DNA of 64,000 nucleotides from Camelus dromedarius. Lineage: Eukaryota. A model generated the notes under the pieces. That model was given only the letters and a program-made list of their open reading frames with translations. It was not told the origin of the DNA and searched no databases. Where the stretch lies: NCBI RefSeq assembly GCF_036321535.1, contig NC_087436.1, forward strand, positions 48,982,001 to 49,046,000, written 5' to 3'. Position numbers and translations under genes: made by a program. Numbering within the stretch: the first letter of the stretch is position 1; each line of letters starts with the position of its first letter. Of the stretch, positions 13,421 to 28,197 are shown piece by piece.

Positions 13421-14637
13421 GGGGATATTTAATCCCAAGACATGACTGAATTTAAACCTGTCTGCAGGAGAATCTTTTTGAGTGGTCTGGCCTTTTGGTA
13501 TGTAACACACTTCAAATAGCCAGGTTGTTTCACCTTTGTACAAGGTCAGTCTTGCGTATTAAACTTTGGGTCTTCCTTAAATGTCAAACAAAATCAATTT
13601 CGTGCCATTTCTATACCTCTGATCTCCATTAACTAATAGACATAATAAATAAAGATATAAAGTATGAATGTGTGTTTGTGTCTCTATGTGTCTCAGAGAA
13701 AGGATCCATATCAAACTGATAACAGTGGTTACTTAAGGGGAGGTGAGTCACATTGAAGGGATTTATTACTCTGTGTACTTCTGAATTGTTTTAATATTTT
13801 GTAACAAGCATATATTGCATGTTATGTGTGAAATGAAAAATGATTACAACACATTTTAAAGATTTCTTAGCCTACCTGGCACTGTGTGTGTATGTAGTAC
13901 CTTGGATGTGGCAACTGCCTTCAAGGAGTTCACAACACAGTATCCCTTTGAAATTCCCAAGCAACATTGCACATGTAAAATAAATAGATAAATGACCAAT
14001 GAAGGGAGAAAATGGGAAGAATAAAAACTTGACTCAATACTTTTCCATTGATTTTGCTGTATTTTTTTTTTCAAAATCTTACTGGAATAAGAAAATAAGC
14101 TATTGCTGTTTGAGAGTAAAAACATATCTGGAAAGCAATACCATAGAGGAGAAAAGAGAAAAGCATGGCAAAGTAAAAGTTGTTAAGTGTTTTATTAATC
14201 ATATAAACTTTCCACCTAAGAGAAAAATCACAATCCAAAAAAAACAATGGATTCGTAGGCATAAGAGCTGAAAGACACTGTGACTAAAATCAGTAAAGCT
14301 ATTAAAGTATTTAAATGTTTAATTCTTTAAGAATCAAGTTAGATGTTAGCCATAAAACCAAATGAGAGAACATCTGGAAGGCAAAGAGGTTGAAAGATTG
14401 AAAATTAAAAAGCAAATGGTGCACTGAGTGCTACTGAGGGACTTCAGCAAATGGATGTAAACCCATTTGAAAATAAATACAGAGTTTGTGTAATTACCAT
14501 GAGCCTGAAGATGGGTTTAGCATTTATATATCTCCTGGGAAGCTTGGTGAGTCAGAAACATAAAACCAAAGCGAAGGGAGGCTATTAAAACATTATTTCC
14601 TGTTGCATTGTAGAATTCGAGACGAGAATAAACATAC

Positions 14638-14761
14638 CGATTACTTGCATGGCCGGTTCCACGTCTGTTGTGGCCTCTTCCAGCAACGACAGCAGCTTGG
14701 CTGATATCTGATGCACAGATTCAATGTTGCTAAACAAGCTATCCACGTCCAGCCGATCAAT
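14638..14761 (-). CDS. ARHGEF38: ARHGEF38 coding exon 3 (IDRLDVDSLFSNIESVHQISAKLLSLLEEATTDVEPAMQVI-G), DH domain
   Basis: Not shown in this frame by the ORF track; translated by hand. Acceptor tttttgtatttcttcag|ATT and donor TCG|gtatgt. 124 nt, in frame with exon 2. LFSNIE is a typical DH-domain motif. Confidence 0.95.
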
Positions 14762-17700
14762 CTGAAGAAATACAAAAAGTGAGCACCAGCGGATGGAGAG
14801 AGACGCACAGTATTTAGCATATTTCTCCTGCTAAACAGTAAGTGTTTTCTATGCCAGCCCATACTGCTTCCATCAACCGTTTCTGTAAACATTCTTACTT
14901 GGGATTTCTAGAGTAAATGTGCAGTTTTTCATGCAAGAAATTGGGATGGTGCATCTGTTGTTACCTCTGTCTTTTTCTTTATTTGGACTAAGTTTTAATG
15001 AGTTGAGTGTGTATCTACATATTCCTGTAAGAACCAGAGTGGAAAGAAGAGTTGGGCCACCTAACTGGCGTTTTATTAACTGCCCTGCATGAGGGTATGC
15101 ACTCGTGCATGTGAATTTAGAACTCTTTACTGCTTAGACAGCAGAAGTCAGACCTTACTCTAGGCAAGTGACTATTTTCAAAACTGCTTTAAAACCACAG
15201 ATGTTCTCAAAGTGATGACAAGTCGATTTGCTGAGTTGTTTCCTGCTTTTTGTTCCTTAAAAGAAATGTGAGTGGAAATCTTCACCAAACATGTTTTACT
15301 AATTAAAGATTCATCATAGTTTATAACTTCATGCACACCCTCAAAAACTAGCATAATCATTCCTAGATCTTATAGCTGGAGCTTATACTAATTTATTTAT
15401 TCATAAATCTATCCTTTCACTAAATAATTCCTGAGGTCCTTCCATGCACCAAGAATTGTAATAGAATCCAACCTGTCACAGGCATTGGATGATTAGTAGA
15501 GGGATGGCCAACTGTCCTAAGCTATCTAAGAAGAGTGTGCTGAGATACGTGCCCTGATTTTGCTGGCTCCTACTCAAAATCTTTCTCTTGATATTAAGTC
15601 AGATCTCCTTTTATAATCAAACAGTGTCTAGCTGGGTTGTGAACAGCTTGGGCCAAGCTCCACCAGGCTGCCACAGGGAATAGGAGCAGGTGCCTTTTAT
15701 TCATGACTTATTGTGCATGGGGCCATAGGTGGATAACCAAGTCATCAATAATCAAGTCATGGAGAAGCTTCAAAGGTGAAAAACTGAGTTACTGGTCCAA
15801 AATGAGGTTGGCAAAATTAGAGGTGAGAGAGACACAGGGAGTTCAGCTAAGGATCGGGAAAAAAAAGGGGGGAGGGTTGCTGAGAAATTAAGAGAAATCG
15901 AGAACAAGGGATTTTAGGATAAGAGACAGACCTGGAAAATTCTGGAGATGCAGACCAAACACTGCAGCATTTTTCCTATGCTCTCAGCATCCCTTTCCTC
16001 AGGTGTGCTAGGTCTACTTAGAGGGGAGGAAGGAGGCAGGCTGCTCATCTTTTTAACCCATTCTTTTTTGACAGTGACCTCATTCTTGGCATTGTTTTCT
16101 ATACTGGACATGGAGATTACTTTAACCAGGATGTTCTGCTATTAAACATGGCAGCGATACTTCGCAGTGCACCTTGTTTAGTTTTGTGATCCTGTCAGTC
16201 ATTTCTTATGCAATACGGTCTGACTGGATACGTATCTTTCAACCATCTTGGGAAATTCCTTACCTCCCTAGCATGGGTCTGGTCCTCTAGAAATCTCTCA
16301 GCCTCATTTGTAATCAAGTTTTTAGTGATTGTATGTAGGGGAGTTATTTCATTATAGAACCGCACAACTTTTTTCTTCTATTTTTTATGTATTCTGAAAC
16401 TATCTAAATCGTCATACTTCATTAGTAATAATGCAGTCATGATTAGCTCTTAGGGTCTTCAATCCAGTATCTCACAAACTGTTTCTTTGTTAAGCACTCA
16501 TTCTAACAGGATAGGGAGCACGTGGCTCTCTGCCTGAAATCTGGATTTTCAAGACTTAATTTCTGCATTAGAAAGTATTTTTAGGATATTATAAAGTATA
16601 TTTAGTATTATACAATACATCTAAAAGGCAGATAACAGCTATATGGCTCTTTTTGATAATCATAATTTTAAATGGCTCATATTTCACAGATCTCTGAGTA
16701 CCACTGATTTGCCACATTATTTTTCCTTTATGTATTGGGTATTAATTAAATCACAAAGGTATAACTTGGCATAGTGTAAAATATGTCTTACAAAAGTTGA
16801 GTATGAGTCAAGTTTTTGTAGACCGATCTATTTTAGATGTGCTGGTTTAATATTTTTTAAAATCACATTTTGAAATGAATCTTTCTAAAGCATAAAATTG
16901 CATCCCTCATTTACTTGCTTTGTAAGCAAGTATTTCATATAATGTACACTGTCATTATTTCATTTTGTTGTGGAAACTTCATTCGGAGGAACTTAAAGTG
17001 CTTCATATTTGTTATTTCATGTATCATTCCAACTTCTCTGTAAAATATGAACCAAGCTGAAGATAGGAAATTCATGCAGAGTGAAGAGAGATACCATGCC
17101 CAAAATTATGAAGTTCAAGACAGAGCTAGAACTGGAAATTGACCATTTAGTCCATTACCAGCAACTACTAGTAATAGAATACTTTGTCATCTCTGTTTAG
17201 ATTTTTTGGTTTGTTCCTGAGTTTTTCACTAAGTTGTTATTTCCATAATTTATTTCTCAAGGTCAGAATCCTGCATATCTGTCTAATTTAGATTTTAAAT
17301 TCTTTTAGCAAGGATCTAATTCTGTATTCTATCTATAATCTTGGCTAAATGCAACAAATACTAAATAACAAAAAACATAGGTTTTGATTTCTATTCTTTC
17401 TGAAGGACAGAAAGGATTAAAACATCAATTGGCCTGGTTTCAATCACCAGTATCAGCACAGGCCCATGGAGATTCTGCGAACGATAAAATGAATTCACAT
17501 TCAGTCACTGCTATGCCAAGGAACAAACAACTGTCTAGTCCAAATAGGCTTTTAAATCTGGTAGATGATTTTATAATTATTGATGTAAATTCAAGGAAGC
17601 ATTTATATATATTTATTACTTATTTACTAGAAATGGGTAATGCTCTAAGAGCTTAGGTTGAGTTATATTTTAAATGAAATTAAATTCATTTTTTTGTAAA

Positions 17701-20029
17701 AAAGATTTAGTCTAAGTATAGATTATTCTAAGCAAAGTCAATATGTAATAATTCAATGCAAAAAAGAAAAAGTAAAGGTCACTCTTTGGTGACAATTTAA
17801 TTCTTTGCTTCACAAAAGTATTCACAGGATATACTTCAAGTAGCAAGTTTCCATTGCACTTAAATAATTGCTGAACTTACAATTGTATGTATGCAGAACT
17901 CTCCAGGCATAAATGTCTAAGTAAAAGAAAACACACGGATAAAATTTTATCAGTCCAGAGACTGTAATCGTTGGTATAGAATTACTTTGACACCACAGGC
18001 ACCTTACACTTGAAAGCTTTCCTTCCATTTTCCTCATTCACATCATAGCCCATGCTCTTCCCTTTACCCTCGTATTACTGTCCAACACTTTTTCCATATG
18101 AAATGGACTTTGGTAATGGTAGTATTTGCCCTGTAGTTCTGTCCATCTCTTTGCCCTTTCTGTTGCTTTTTTTGAGTGAAGCCTCTGCCTCCCAGCTCTA
18201 TCTGATCTGGTGGAATCCTCAGTCATGGTGCCTGCTCCCTGCTCTCTGCCACCAACCCCAACACCGACTCCCTGTAGTGAGGGGCATGTGACCCAGCCGG
18301 CCACAGCAGTTGGCCTAGGATGGCAGGTTCCTAAGCAGGGCCAGTGAGACTCTTCACTGATTTTTAATAGATGGTTGTTGAGAAATAGAAGGGCCTGGAT
18401 TGTAAGCCCTAAGAGTATAAGTTTCTGTCTTTAGCAGTCGACTTTGTTGTAAAGTCAACAGTCTTGACTGTTGAAAGGAGCATTAAGCCTGACATCATTA
18501 CATTAGCTCCCAGATTTACCTTGCCTAAAGCAAAACATCTTTCTTACAGAAGCTGATAAACCACTTTTTAAAATTCAAGCTAGTTTGAATTTTATTTGTT
18601 ACCTATAACCAACAAGGGTGTAGGATGCTCTTCTTTATTCCTAGCCAAAATCTCACTTCCTCTAAGAGAACTTTCCTGCTCCCTTGGTTGGAATTAACCT
18701 TTCCGTCTCCTACGCTTCTGTGACTCTTGTTTTATATCAGCCAATGTTTACATTGAAGCCTGTTTTATATACATATATACATGAGATGTGTATTAATTTA
18801 TCTGTCCTTATGTAGAAACTGTGAGTTCCTCCAGGACATTTGTCTTTGTGAATTATTTGAAAGCCCCACTGTGTCTAATACAGTGCTAGGCTCCTACCAT
18901 TTACTCAGTAAAAGTTTAACAATTTGAATTGAATTGAATCACTACAATCAAATGATCTATTTTCTCTGTGGGAGCCATCAATAAATGTTCCTGTTCTTCA
19001 CTCTACTAACCTCTGAATAAGAAGTATGAGGAGATCAAAAGTGATTTAAAGAAAAAAATCAAAATTATCTAATTTGGTTGTTCAAAATATCACATTAAGC
19101 ACTTATTTTATAACTTTCTGCTCAATTTTATCCACAAAGACAAACTGTTGTGCCCTGTTTGGCCATTAGTAGATCTGGAAGATTTGTGGACAAAGGCTAT
19201 ACTTCCCCTTAGTTTAAAGTCCCTGTTTATTGTTTTCTGTTTAATGAGCCTTGGGTCACTCAGCCTAAAGCTAGTCACAGAGAGGAATAACCAAGCATCT
19301 TTAGGTGTTGTTCAGACCCCAACCACAACACCTTTAAAAGTGAATATTGAAAACAAGTTGAGAAACAAACCCTTTTTTTAAAAAAAAGTAAACTATTTTC
19401 ATAAAAATAGTTCCCATTCAGTGTGGAAAATTGAAGATGGACAGATAAGCAAAAGAAATAAAATATAGTTGCATGTAATTCTATCATACAGAAATAATCA
19501 TTGATATTGTGAGGTATGTCCTGCCTAATTGTTTTCCTTTCTCTCTGTGCATACATCTGTACAAAAGGTTTATTTCAAATAATGTTTTAAAGTTTGAGTT
19601 TTTTTTTAAACTTAGCATAACATGAACATGTTTTCTTGTCATCAGTTTTCTGCAGTTGCACCATTTTAAATGTCAAGATTATATGGAAATACTATAGTCT
19701 ACTTAACCAGTCATTAAATCTTTGAAATCTAGGTAGATTGCCATTTTTGCTGTTTATAAGCAGCTCTCCTGGCTAAAACCTTGTATATACCCATGATTAT
19801 TTCCTTATGATTAATTTCTTAAGTATAATTATTGAGCTAAAGTTATTAATATTTCTCAAGGTTTCTAACAAGTCTTGACAAATTATAGCAAGAATAACAA
19901 CATTGTTTTCTTCTAGTAAACAATGGATTAAAAATCCTCAGTTGGATATTACTGCCTTGGTCTCATTTTGGAAAAATATATTTAAGCTTCTAATTTGATG
20001 AGCAAAATCACACAACTTTAATGTTCCAG

Positions 20030-20078
20030 ATATATATATACACATATATATATATGTGTGTATATATATATATATGTA

Positions 20079-20114
<36 letters not shown>
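20030..20114. repeat. (TA)n-rich microsatellite
   Basis: Directly visible. Confidence 0.95.
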
Positions 20115-20117
<3 letters not shown>

Positions 20118-21685
20118 CAATTGTAGAAGAAGGAAAAAAATAAATGGCATTGTTTTGAGGGCCATGGTGATTGCCACCAATCAAATGCTTCTCTGGAAAC
20201 CCTGTTTCTAGAAAATATTTCAATATATCTATTTGGTGTGGCTTGGCAGTAAGTCTAGGTTGAATATAGGGTCCAATTTTGGACCCCATATGAGAATTCA
20301 TACAGGGGAAATCCACCTTGGACATCATCTGACTCAGTCTAACAGAACCTGGGCCCCATCTTCTGCTTCCATAACACAGTTCCATACACAGCAGTATGGT
20401 GAGGCCTGAATGTATTCCCTAAATAAGTTTGCTCCATTATTAATGCTGAAGCCTAAAAGCCCAATGATATTAAGACTTTAACGGTAACAAGTAAGATGAG
20501 AGTGGAGAAAAACTGAAAATGTATCCAAAAAACCCCCAAAAAACACATCTAAGAAATAGAGACCCAATGCGGACATTCTGAAAGGCAAAAACCAAGTCTA
20601 GTTTTATTTTTAGTGAGGCAACTGAGAGGAGGAAGGCCTGTGAGACAGAAATTTTCAGCAAGTGGAAAAAGAGGATGTTGGCAGAAGGCCTTGGCAACCA
20701 CTGGGCTAGGATAATTATCCAATTACTATGCATTTACTCAGACAGTTGGCTTCTAGATTACAAAGCTTTCCAGGGTAAACTAGCCATTATTTCATCAGGT
20801 TTCTCTAAACTACTGATTTGCATGTGTGAACTTCCCTGCTGTGAAACCAGATTCTAACCTGGCTAATGGAGTCAAACCGCAAGCTGCACCAATACCACAG
20901 CTAGACAGCAAGGGTTTTTAACTAATCTTGGAGCTAAATGCCCAAGTTACTGAGAACTGCCCAGAAACATTCCAGGCCAGAAGACGTTAATGTGGACAGT
21001 CCTGTGTCAGTGCAGGGCTGTCCATCCCTTTGCAGAAAGTAAGATTTGGACTCTGGGACAGACTTCTCAGCATGGGCAAGAGGAAGACCAGAGCCAGGAG
21101 AGATGAGTGAAGGTTGGACCAGAGACTGTGGTCAAATTTGAGAAGATTCAGAGGCCTCTTAAAAAGAAAGACGGTTGAGAAATTCATCTCAAACTTTGTT
21201 TTGACTAATAATAGGAAAGTAAAGTGCTAATATTGACATCCTTGGATAAAAGGTAGATCGTCGACCAAGGGTCCCTGCCTTTGTTTCTCTTACCTGTCTT
21301 AACACAGGGTAGGCAGAAAAAAAGTTACCTGGTAGGGGTTGGAGGTGGTTTTCAGGTCCTCTTTCCTTTCCTACTTTAGAATTTTATGTCAAATACTTAG
21401 AGGACAAATAGTACTGCTAGGAATAGCCCTTCTGAGCTGAAGATTCAGTAAGTTTTATGATCCTTCGGGAATTCCTTTTAAAAGTATAGAATAAACATTG
21501 ACTTATATTGTGAAAACACAGGAGGAAGTAATTTGGAAATTGTTTGGAACAACCAGTGAGATTATAAAAGAAATATGCAAAATTTTTATGCACCCAGGTT
21601 AGCCAAAACTTTATGTTTAAGGGCTTTGGACTAAGCACAATGAATGGGATAAACATTTCTGAGCTTTGATCTCTTAAGTACTTAC

Positions 21686-21706
21686 TGTGTGTGTGTGTGT
21701 GTGTGT
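21686..21706. repeat. (TG)n microsatellite
   Basis: Directly visible. Confidence 0.9.
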
Positions 21707-21782
21707 ATTACACATGTGTTTATCCTTTCTTCTCTCTGCATACTCAGACTCAGAGCTTATCAGATATAAAAACCAACCAGTT

Positions 21783-21865
21783 TTCATGCATGACTGAAGC
21801 ACTATGCTGTACACCAGAAACTGACAAACATTGTAAACTGACAATACTTCAATAAAAAGTTTTTT
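21783..21865 (+). mobile_element. Very short 3' tip of a young lineage-specific L1
   Basis: catgcatgactgaagcactatgctgtacaccagaaactgacaaacattgtaaactgac...aataaaaa is clearly homologous to 35880-35950 in this window. Flanks taaaaaccaaccag / taaaaacccaacag resemble a decayed TSD. Confidence 0.8.
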
Positions 21866-23564
21866 AAAAACCCAACAGGTGAAAAACCAACCAAACAAAA
21901 CTCTTAACCTTTTCAACAGAACATCCATTCCCTCTAGCTCTAATATCTGAAAGAAAGTACTGATATTAGAAAGGACTTGCTCAACATTTATCAACTCTTT
22001 TTCCACTTAATAACACAAGTGCCAGGTTCTAATTTTGTATAACACAACCAGAGACTAGGAAAGTCCTGGACTCACTAAAAATCATTTTGAAAAGTTAGGA
22101 GAGGCTTTTAAATTTTCTTGCTTGAGATGATACATGAAGGAAGAAATGAAAAATGAGACAAAAGTGTGAAAAAAAGATACAACAGGCAGGTGCGTGATGG
22201 CGGTTTGGTGTAAGGCAGGAACTAGGGACCAAACTGTATGACGTAGAGCAAATACCGATGAAGTTTTTCTGTGTCATGAATTCTGGGGTTTCCAGGGTTT
22301 GGTCATTTCTCTACTGACATTCCCACACCTTCTCCCTTATTTTAGCCCTCTGATTACCAGATCAGATAAATCATGACTCTCCTTACAATTTTCAATGGTT
22401 TCCCATCCCAAACACGTAAAGTCAGTGCCCCTGGCTTGGAGCTCTCCACGCCTTGCACACCTGTCCTGCTTTATCTCCAGCATCTTGGCCCTCCAAGCCC
22501 TCAACATGCTATTCATACCATGATTCCTTCCTCAGGCTACCTCCTCGGAATCCAGTAATGATAGTAAAAGGACAACAGAACGTTAAAATTGCACACGTCC
22601 TGCCTCAATTTCACTTAGAGAACCAATTCCTTAGCTATCAAATACCAAAGTGAGTATGAGATGGCTTGCCATGTGCAGAACTTAAAAAGGAAATGTCACT
22701 CAACTGTTTTAAAATCACCACTGTTGACCTCATGCCCAGAGCACCTAAAAGTGGTGGCTTGAACTTGGCCTGAACCTGTACTTTCTCAGGCTCTGGGGGC
22801 AAAGGATGCAGAAGTGTTTTCCACAGACCACATGTTGACCCTGAAGGAGGGAGCAGGTGGGAGCTCACCTCTGATTCTGTCTACAGGACAGAAGAGCAGA
22901 ATAGGGAGGTAAACTGTGGATGCCTAGCCACTGAGGGAGGAGTAGCAAGTCACCAGCTAGAATAGAGATACAGTCCGGGGATTCAGAGAGAATCCCCCAG
23001 CCCGCCTCACCGCCAATGTCATGGCAATTGACACACACGGGAAGGCCACATGAAAGCACCTATAAGGGAGCCATGTTATTACATCCGGATGGTCCAGAGA
23101 ACATGAAGCCAGACTGTGATGGTGCCAGTTCAGGTAGACCTCGCCTCTCCCGTTCTGCCCTCCCCGCCCACCCTCCTGGGGTAGGAAGCTGGCTGGTGAG
23201 CGGATGTCTGGGGATGAGGAGGAGCGGCTTCAGGAGAAACAGGGAAGAAGCCACCCATGGCCCCTTTTCCCGCTACACGTTTCCCAGTGAAGCAGGCCTG
23301 ACCTGGGGAGAGCTGATGCCAAAGTCTGAATTCAGATTAGTATCTGAGACTGATATGCTAATTTCTGAGTTGAGGCTGTGTGTGTCTTAAGGTCTATGAC
23401 TGAAGTGTGAGAGAAAACTCACGGGCCCTTAGAGTTTTCATCCAGAGGCGGCACAGGGCTTCCCCATTATATGCATTTGGAGGAGCTGATGGGAGGCAGA
23501 TTTAGAGTTGTCTTCTGATTATACAAGTCACGCTTGTTCAGCATACTGGTTGTAACAGTAATTC

Positions 23565-23790
23565 CTGTTTATTGAGTACTCATGTGCCAGGGAGTCTGCT
23601 GGATTTTTAACATACATTGTTCTATTTATTCTTTACAAAATACTGTTACTATACCTATATCTTTCATTGAAGAAACTGTATTTCAGAGAGGTTAAAAGAC
23701 TTGCTCAAAGCCACACAGTTGTGAGTCTCAGAGCCAAGGTCAGGCATAGGGCTGCCTGACACGAGTGTTCCGGAGTTTAACTGCTACTCT
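23565..23790 (-). mobile_element. MIR SINE
   Basis: tttattgagtactcatgtgccagg...gaagaaactgtatttcagagaggttaaaagacttgctcaaagccacacag. Confidence 0.75.
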
Positions 23791-24139
23791 AGGTCGCCTC
23801 TCTGTTTTGATGGGCTACCTTGGAGTGATTCCTCAGTACTCGATCAGGACACAGCTCCTCCAGGCACAGCGAAGGCACTCTGCTCCCATGGTAACCAGCA
23901 TATACCTCGATCATGGTACTTAATCACAGTCGGGTGAAATGTTCCATTCACGTGTTTGGCTCTCACACTTGACTGACATCCTTGAGGCCAACTACTCTAC
24001 TGTATTCATCTCAGTCTCTCCAGCTTTTAGTTCTCAGCACCCATGTTAAGAAAACCATGCAAAAAGATAACCAAGGAGAAAAAGCAAGTCAGTTTTTATC
24101 AGGATAGGTATTCACGTGGGTTTCACTGCACTAAAAAGA

Positions 24140-24388
24140 CCAGTGGTTAAATCCGCAGGCTTTGGAACTTGGCTACTTGTTTTTAAATGCCATTTTTGCC
24201 ACATCCTAGCTGTGTGACTTCGGGTGAGTTACTTAACCCCTCTCTGCCATGGGTTTCTCGTTACTAAAGAGGGAATATTTCAACCTGTTTCATGAGTCAG
24301 TGTGAGGATTATATGAACTGATATAAATAAGTTGTTGAGAATAGTGCCTGGTACATAATAAGTGCTCAGCTGTTATTATTATTATTAT
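24140..24388 (+). mobile_element. MIR SINE
   Basis: ctagctgtgtgacttcgggtgagttacttaacccctctctgcc...gtgcctggtacataataagtgctca...ttattattatt. Confidence 0.8.
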
Positions 24389-24579
24389 GTAGCTATAGAA
24401 TGAATTTTCACCAAACTGCTAATTGAAACAAGCAGACCCCAAAATAGACAAACGTGTTCTAAATGTTCATTGATCTGTTGAATGATGAATAATTCCCCAT
24501 AAATAATCATGGGCTTGCTAGTGCTTTCATCCAGAGGCAGGGCAGGTTTTCCCCTCGTAGGTCACATAATAATGTTAGG

Positions 24580-25360
24580 TTTTGATCAGAGTGAGATGAG
24601 AAGCCATTTTGGACAGATTTGAGTAGAAGAGGGACATGATCTGACTTACATATTTAAAAGAATCACTCTAGCTCCAATCACTTGGCTGGACAAGGGTGGA
24701 GAAGAGAGATGGGCTGGGAGGCAGGTATAATAATCTAGGTGGTTGCTTATGGGTTCTTGAATCAGAATGGGAGCACTGGAGGAGCTGAGAAGTGGTCTAA
24801 TTCTGGATAACTTTGAAGGCAGACCTAATAGAATTTGCTGATAGATTCAATAGAGGGTTTAAGAGAAAGAGAAAAGTTAAGAATGACTCCAAAGTTTTTG
24901 CCCAAGCAACTGGAAAAAATGGAAAAGTTCTCATTTACCAAGGTGAGAACTGCAAGGGGAGAAAATCTTTTTAGAGAAAATGAGGAGCTCCATTTTGACA
25001 CGTTAAATTTGAGATGCTTTGTAGACAATCAAGAAGAGGTTTGAGTGGAGAGGTGGATAAAAACAAAGCAAGCCTTCAGAGAAAATGTCCAGGCTGGAGA
25101 TACAAATCTGTGAACCATCAACATGTAGGTGGGATTTAAAAGCGTGAAACTAGATCGGATCCTCAACAGAGGGAATGGAGACAAAGGAGAGAAGAGGACC
25201 GATGCTGAGCTCTGAGCTACATCAGAGTTTGCAGGTGAGGATCAACCAGCAGAGACTGAGGAACCATCGGAACAGGAGGGAGGAAGCCGGGTGTAGGGGG
25301 AGCCCCGAAACACAGAAAGAGATAGCTTTTCTGTCAAATGCTGGTAACAGGTCCAAGAAG
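24580..25360 (-). mobile_element. L2 LINE fragment (L2a-like)
   Basis: gacatgatctgacttacatatttaaaagaatcactctagct...aagaatgactccaaagtttttgcccaagcaactgg. Confidence 0.8.
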
Positions 25361-28197
25361 TCAGCACCACCTTCTGCTAATATCTAAAGCAATTGTTTGC
25401 TACCTAAGTAATTAGCATAACTAATCATGAACTGCCTTCTGTTGTGATCATTTCTAGCATCGCCTTGAAATATATCTTTGATTGTTATTTGGCTTTTTAT
25501 GTGTTTATGAGTCATTTTCTTGACCAGTTTATAAACTCTTTTAGGGCAGGACTGTGACATAAATTTCCTTGATTTCTATGCAGAATTCGACAAAGGGAAC
25601 TGCATGCAATAGACACTTGACAAACATTTAATCTTTTAATTTGCATATTCATCTAAAATATGCCATTCTCCATGAAATATTGCCCACTTAATCTGTCTGG
25701 AAGGATCTGTCCCTTATGTGAACTCCAAATGCATTTATTGCCTGCACTTATCGATTATTGCTTTGCATTACAAGTATTTTCATAGCTATGAATCTTGTCA
25801 CCTCTAACTAGGGACTGGTAGTCTTTTGATGGCAAAGGATGAGTTTCACATGTTTTATGTACTCCAAATGGCCTAACACTAATTATTAATTAACCCATGT
25901 AATCATTGACCTTGTCTGTATCTAAAGTGGCCTAAATAAATGTTTATTAATAAATACCTGTTTCCCCAATATGTGCTTCCTTCTGACCTAGTATTTATTC
26001 TTTGGAGTCCAGGATTCATGGCCCTGTACTGATACGCACAGCTTTGTTCATCTACATCTGCGCCAAGCTGCCCCACATCTGGCATTTCATTAGAGAGGTA
26101 TAATGCATCATTATAACAATCACAGCCACTGAAATTTTGCTGCTTATCTTCACAAATACAAGCAAATTAAAATAGTGGTTTATGCATCTCAGTTCTGAGA
26201 AGTGAGGTGATGAGCACAAGATTGTGTTCCCCAGGCTGAAGGGATAACTTTCCGAGATATTAAAACAGATTTGTGTATCACATCTCTCTTTTGCAATTCT
26301 GAGCTTTCCAACCTCTGTACTGAAATGGAAAACGCATTTGTTTATCTCCTCACTTGGCCCAGCAGGTTTTGATCTGGACTGTAGATTATAAAAATTACAG
26401 AAAACTGAAGTCACCCTAATCTGGAGCTTATGAGGTGCTTCATAAATGTAACAACTTGGGGGAGAGTTTCCATCATAAAACTGTTTTTTGTTTTTTTTTT
26501 TTGAGCTAAGGCATTCTGAACAAGCAAAGATAAGAGGTTTTTTTTACCTATAAAAAGAAGTTTCATATACTAGAATATTGATGTATCACTTCCATACCCA
26601 ACGGAATCTGAATCCAATCTGACAGCAAACTGTCTTCCAAGATGACAAAACAGAAAGGTCCCTCCCAGGGAAATTGGGAACGTGAACAGTGACGACTCAG
26701 TGTCAGCACTTGAGAAAGTAGCCAGTTACAAGTTGTATGTTAATTAACACAGTGACTTTGTGCTTGGCAGCACCATTTACTTACATGATTTTTATTTTTA
26801 AATTTAATGTTTCACCACTATAGCCTTTTCCACCACATAGGAACTTCTCTGATTAACAAACTTTTTAAAAAGGGACACTTCGCTGAGTTTTTTAAACTTT
26901 TCTAATGTGACATCAATTATTTGACCTTATAATGAAAGAACAATGGCCCAGGTTATGTAATAAATGTTGAGATTCCACAAAGAGGGTGAAAATTAAATCT
27001 TTGATTTTAAAAAATACAGAATTCTAACCTAGCCATATAGATCATGGGATTCTTCATTGTGATCTGATCTTAATAACCATGAAAACCAGTATTTTTAGAG
27101 GATTGAAGAACATGTACATCAATGTTTAAAGCAGATTTCCTGCAAGAGTATAATATTTTAAAATCAGCACATTAGCTCAGAAAAGCCAGTACAACACAGA
27201 ATCAGAAATTCAAATGCATTTCTTTTGAGTCATTGCTCCCAGGATCTCAATTACAGTTTGCAGGAATTGCTTGATTTTCTCATATATTTATTCAATATAG
27301 CAACTAAAATAAAGTGCTATGCTTTCTGACTTTCTAGGCAGCTTTTTTTCCCCCACATTATCAGCCTGGCTTTTATCTCTGTACCCATTCTGTGAAGTCC
27401 TATGACTGAGGAGTTTGACCACTGGAACTCCTGGACTCTACAGGGGAAGGGACTATCTGAGTAAGAGCTGCAGGTGGAGAGAGGGACTTAGTTGGCATTT
27501 TCCTCCACTTGTTTACAGTCCATAAGAATTTCTGGTATCCTAAGCATGGCACTAGAAAGAGCCAAGATATATGGGAGGTTATTATACACTACAGAGTTTC
27601 TTCTAAACAGCTTAATGTGTACCCTTATCCTAAAAATGTATTCTCTACTTCTCTGAAATCACAATAAAAAGAGAATTAATTGGAAAGTTTGTCAGAGTCA
27701 ACAAGGTGGAGTCATAGAAAAAGTTTTTATCCTTGTATATAAAATTTTACATATGTATTTACAAGGATAAATGTAGTTAAAGAGAGAAAGGAAGAGAGAG
27801 AAAGAAAAAAATACGGGCATGTACATTTTTTAAATTAAACTTTTTATTTTAAAATAATTGTAGATTCACATGAAGTTTAAAAAATATACGTGCCCTTTAC
27901 CCAGTTCTCCTAATTGTAGTATCTTGCAAGATTATGTGTGCATTGAATTTTGATACGGTATTATAGGACATATTATGAACAGAGTATGATGATTGTTTGC
28001 ATAAATAAGGCATGTCTATGGGAAATCAACATTTGATTCCACTTAGATCAAGGCAATTTCGTGGAGGAGACAGGGTTTTAGAAAGTAGTAGATTTCAAGA
28101 AAGTTACAGTTAGTGAGGGAAAGTGAAATATGTTTGAGGGCCAGAATACAATCTGAAAATTTTGGAAGTTAGCAGAGACAAGAATAGTGGCTAGGTG

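Noticed and set aside
1..14637. ARHGEF38 exon 4
   Set aside because: I found no phase-1 minus-strand exon continuing the DH domain by eye. It probably lies beyond the window; TBLASTN with an ortholog would settle this.
14641..14892. 83-aa ORF in the track overlapping exon 3
   Set aside because: Wrong frame. The DH-domain frame is bounded by splice sites at 14761 and 14638.
16912..16932. 9-bp inverted repeat tacttgctt-tgt-aagcaagta
   Set aside because: Short and AT-rich; expected by chance in 64 kb.
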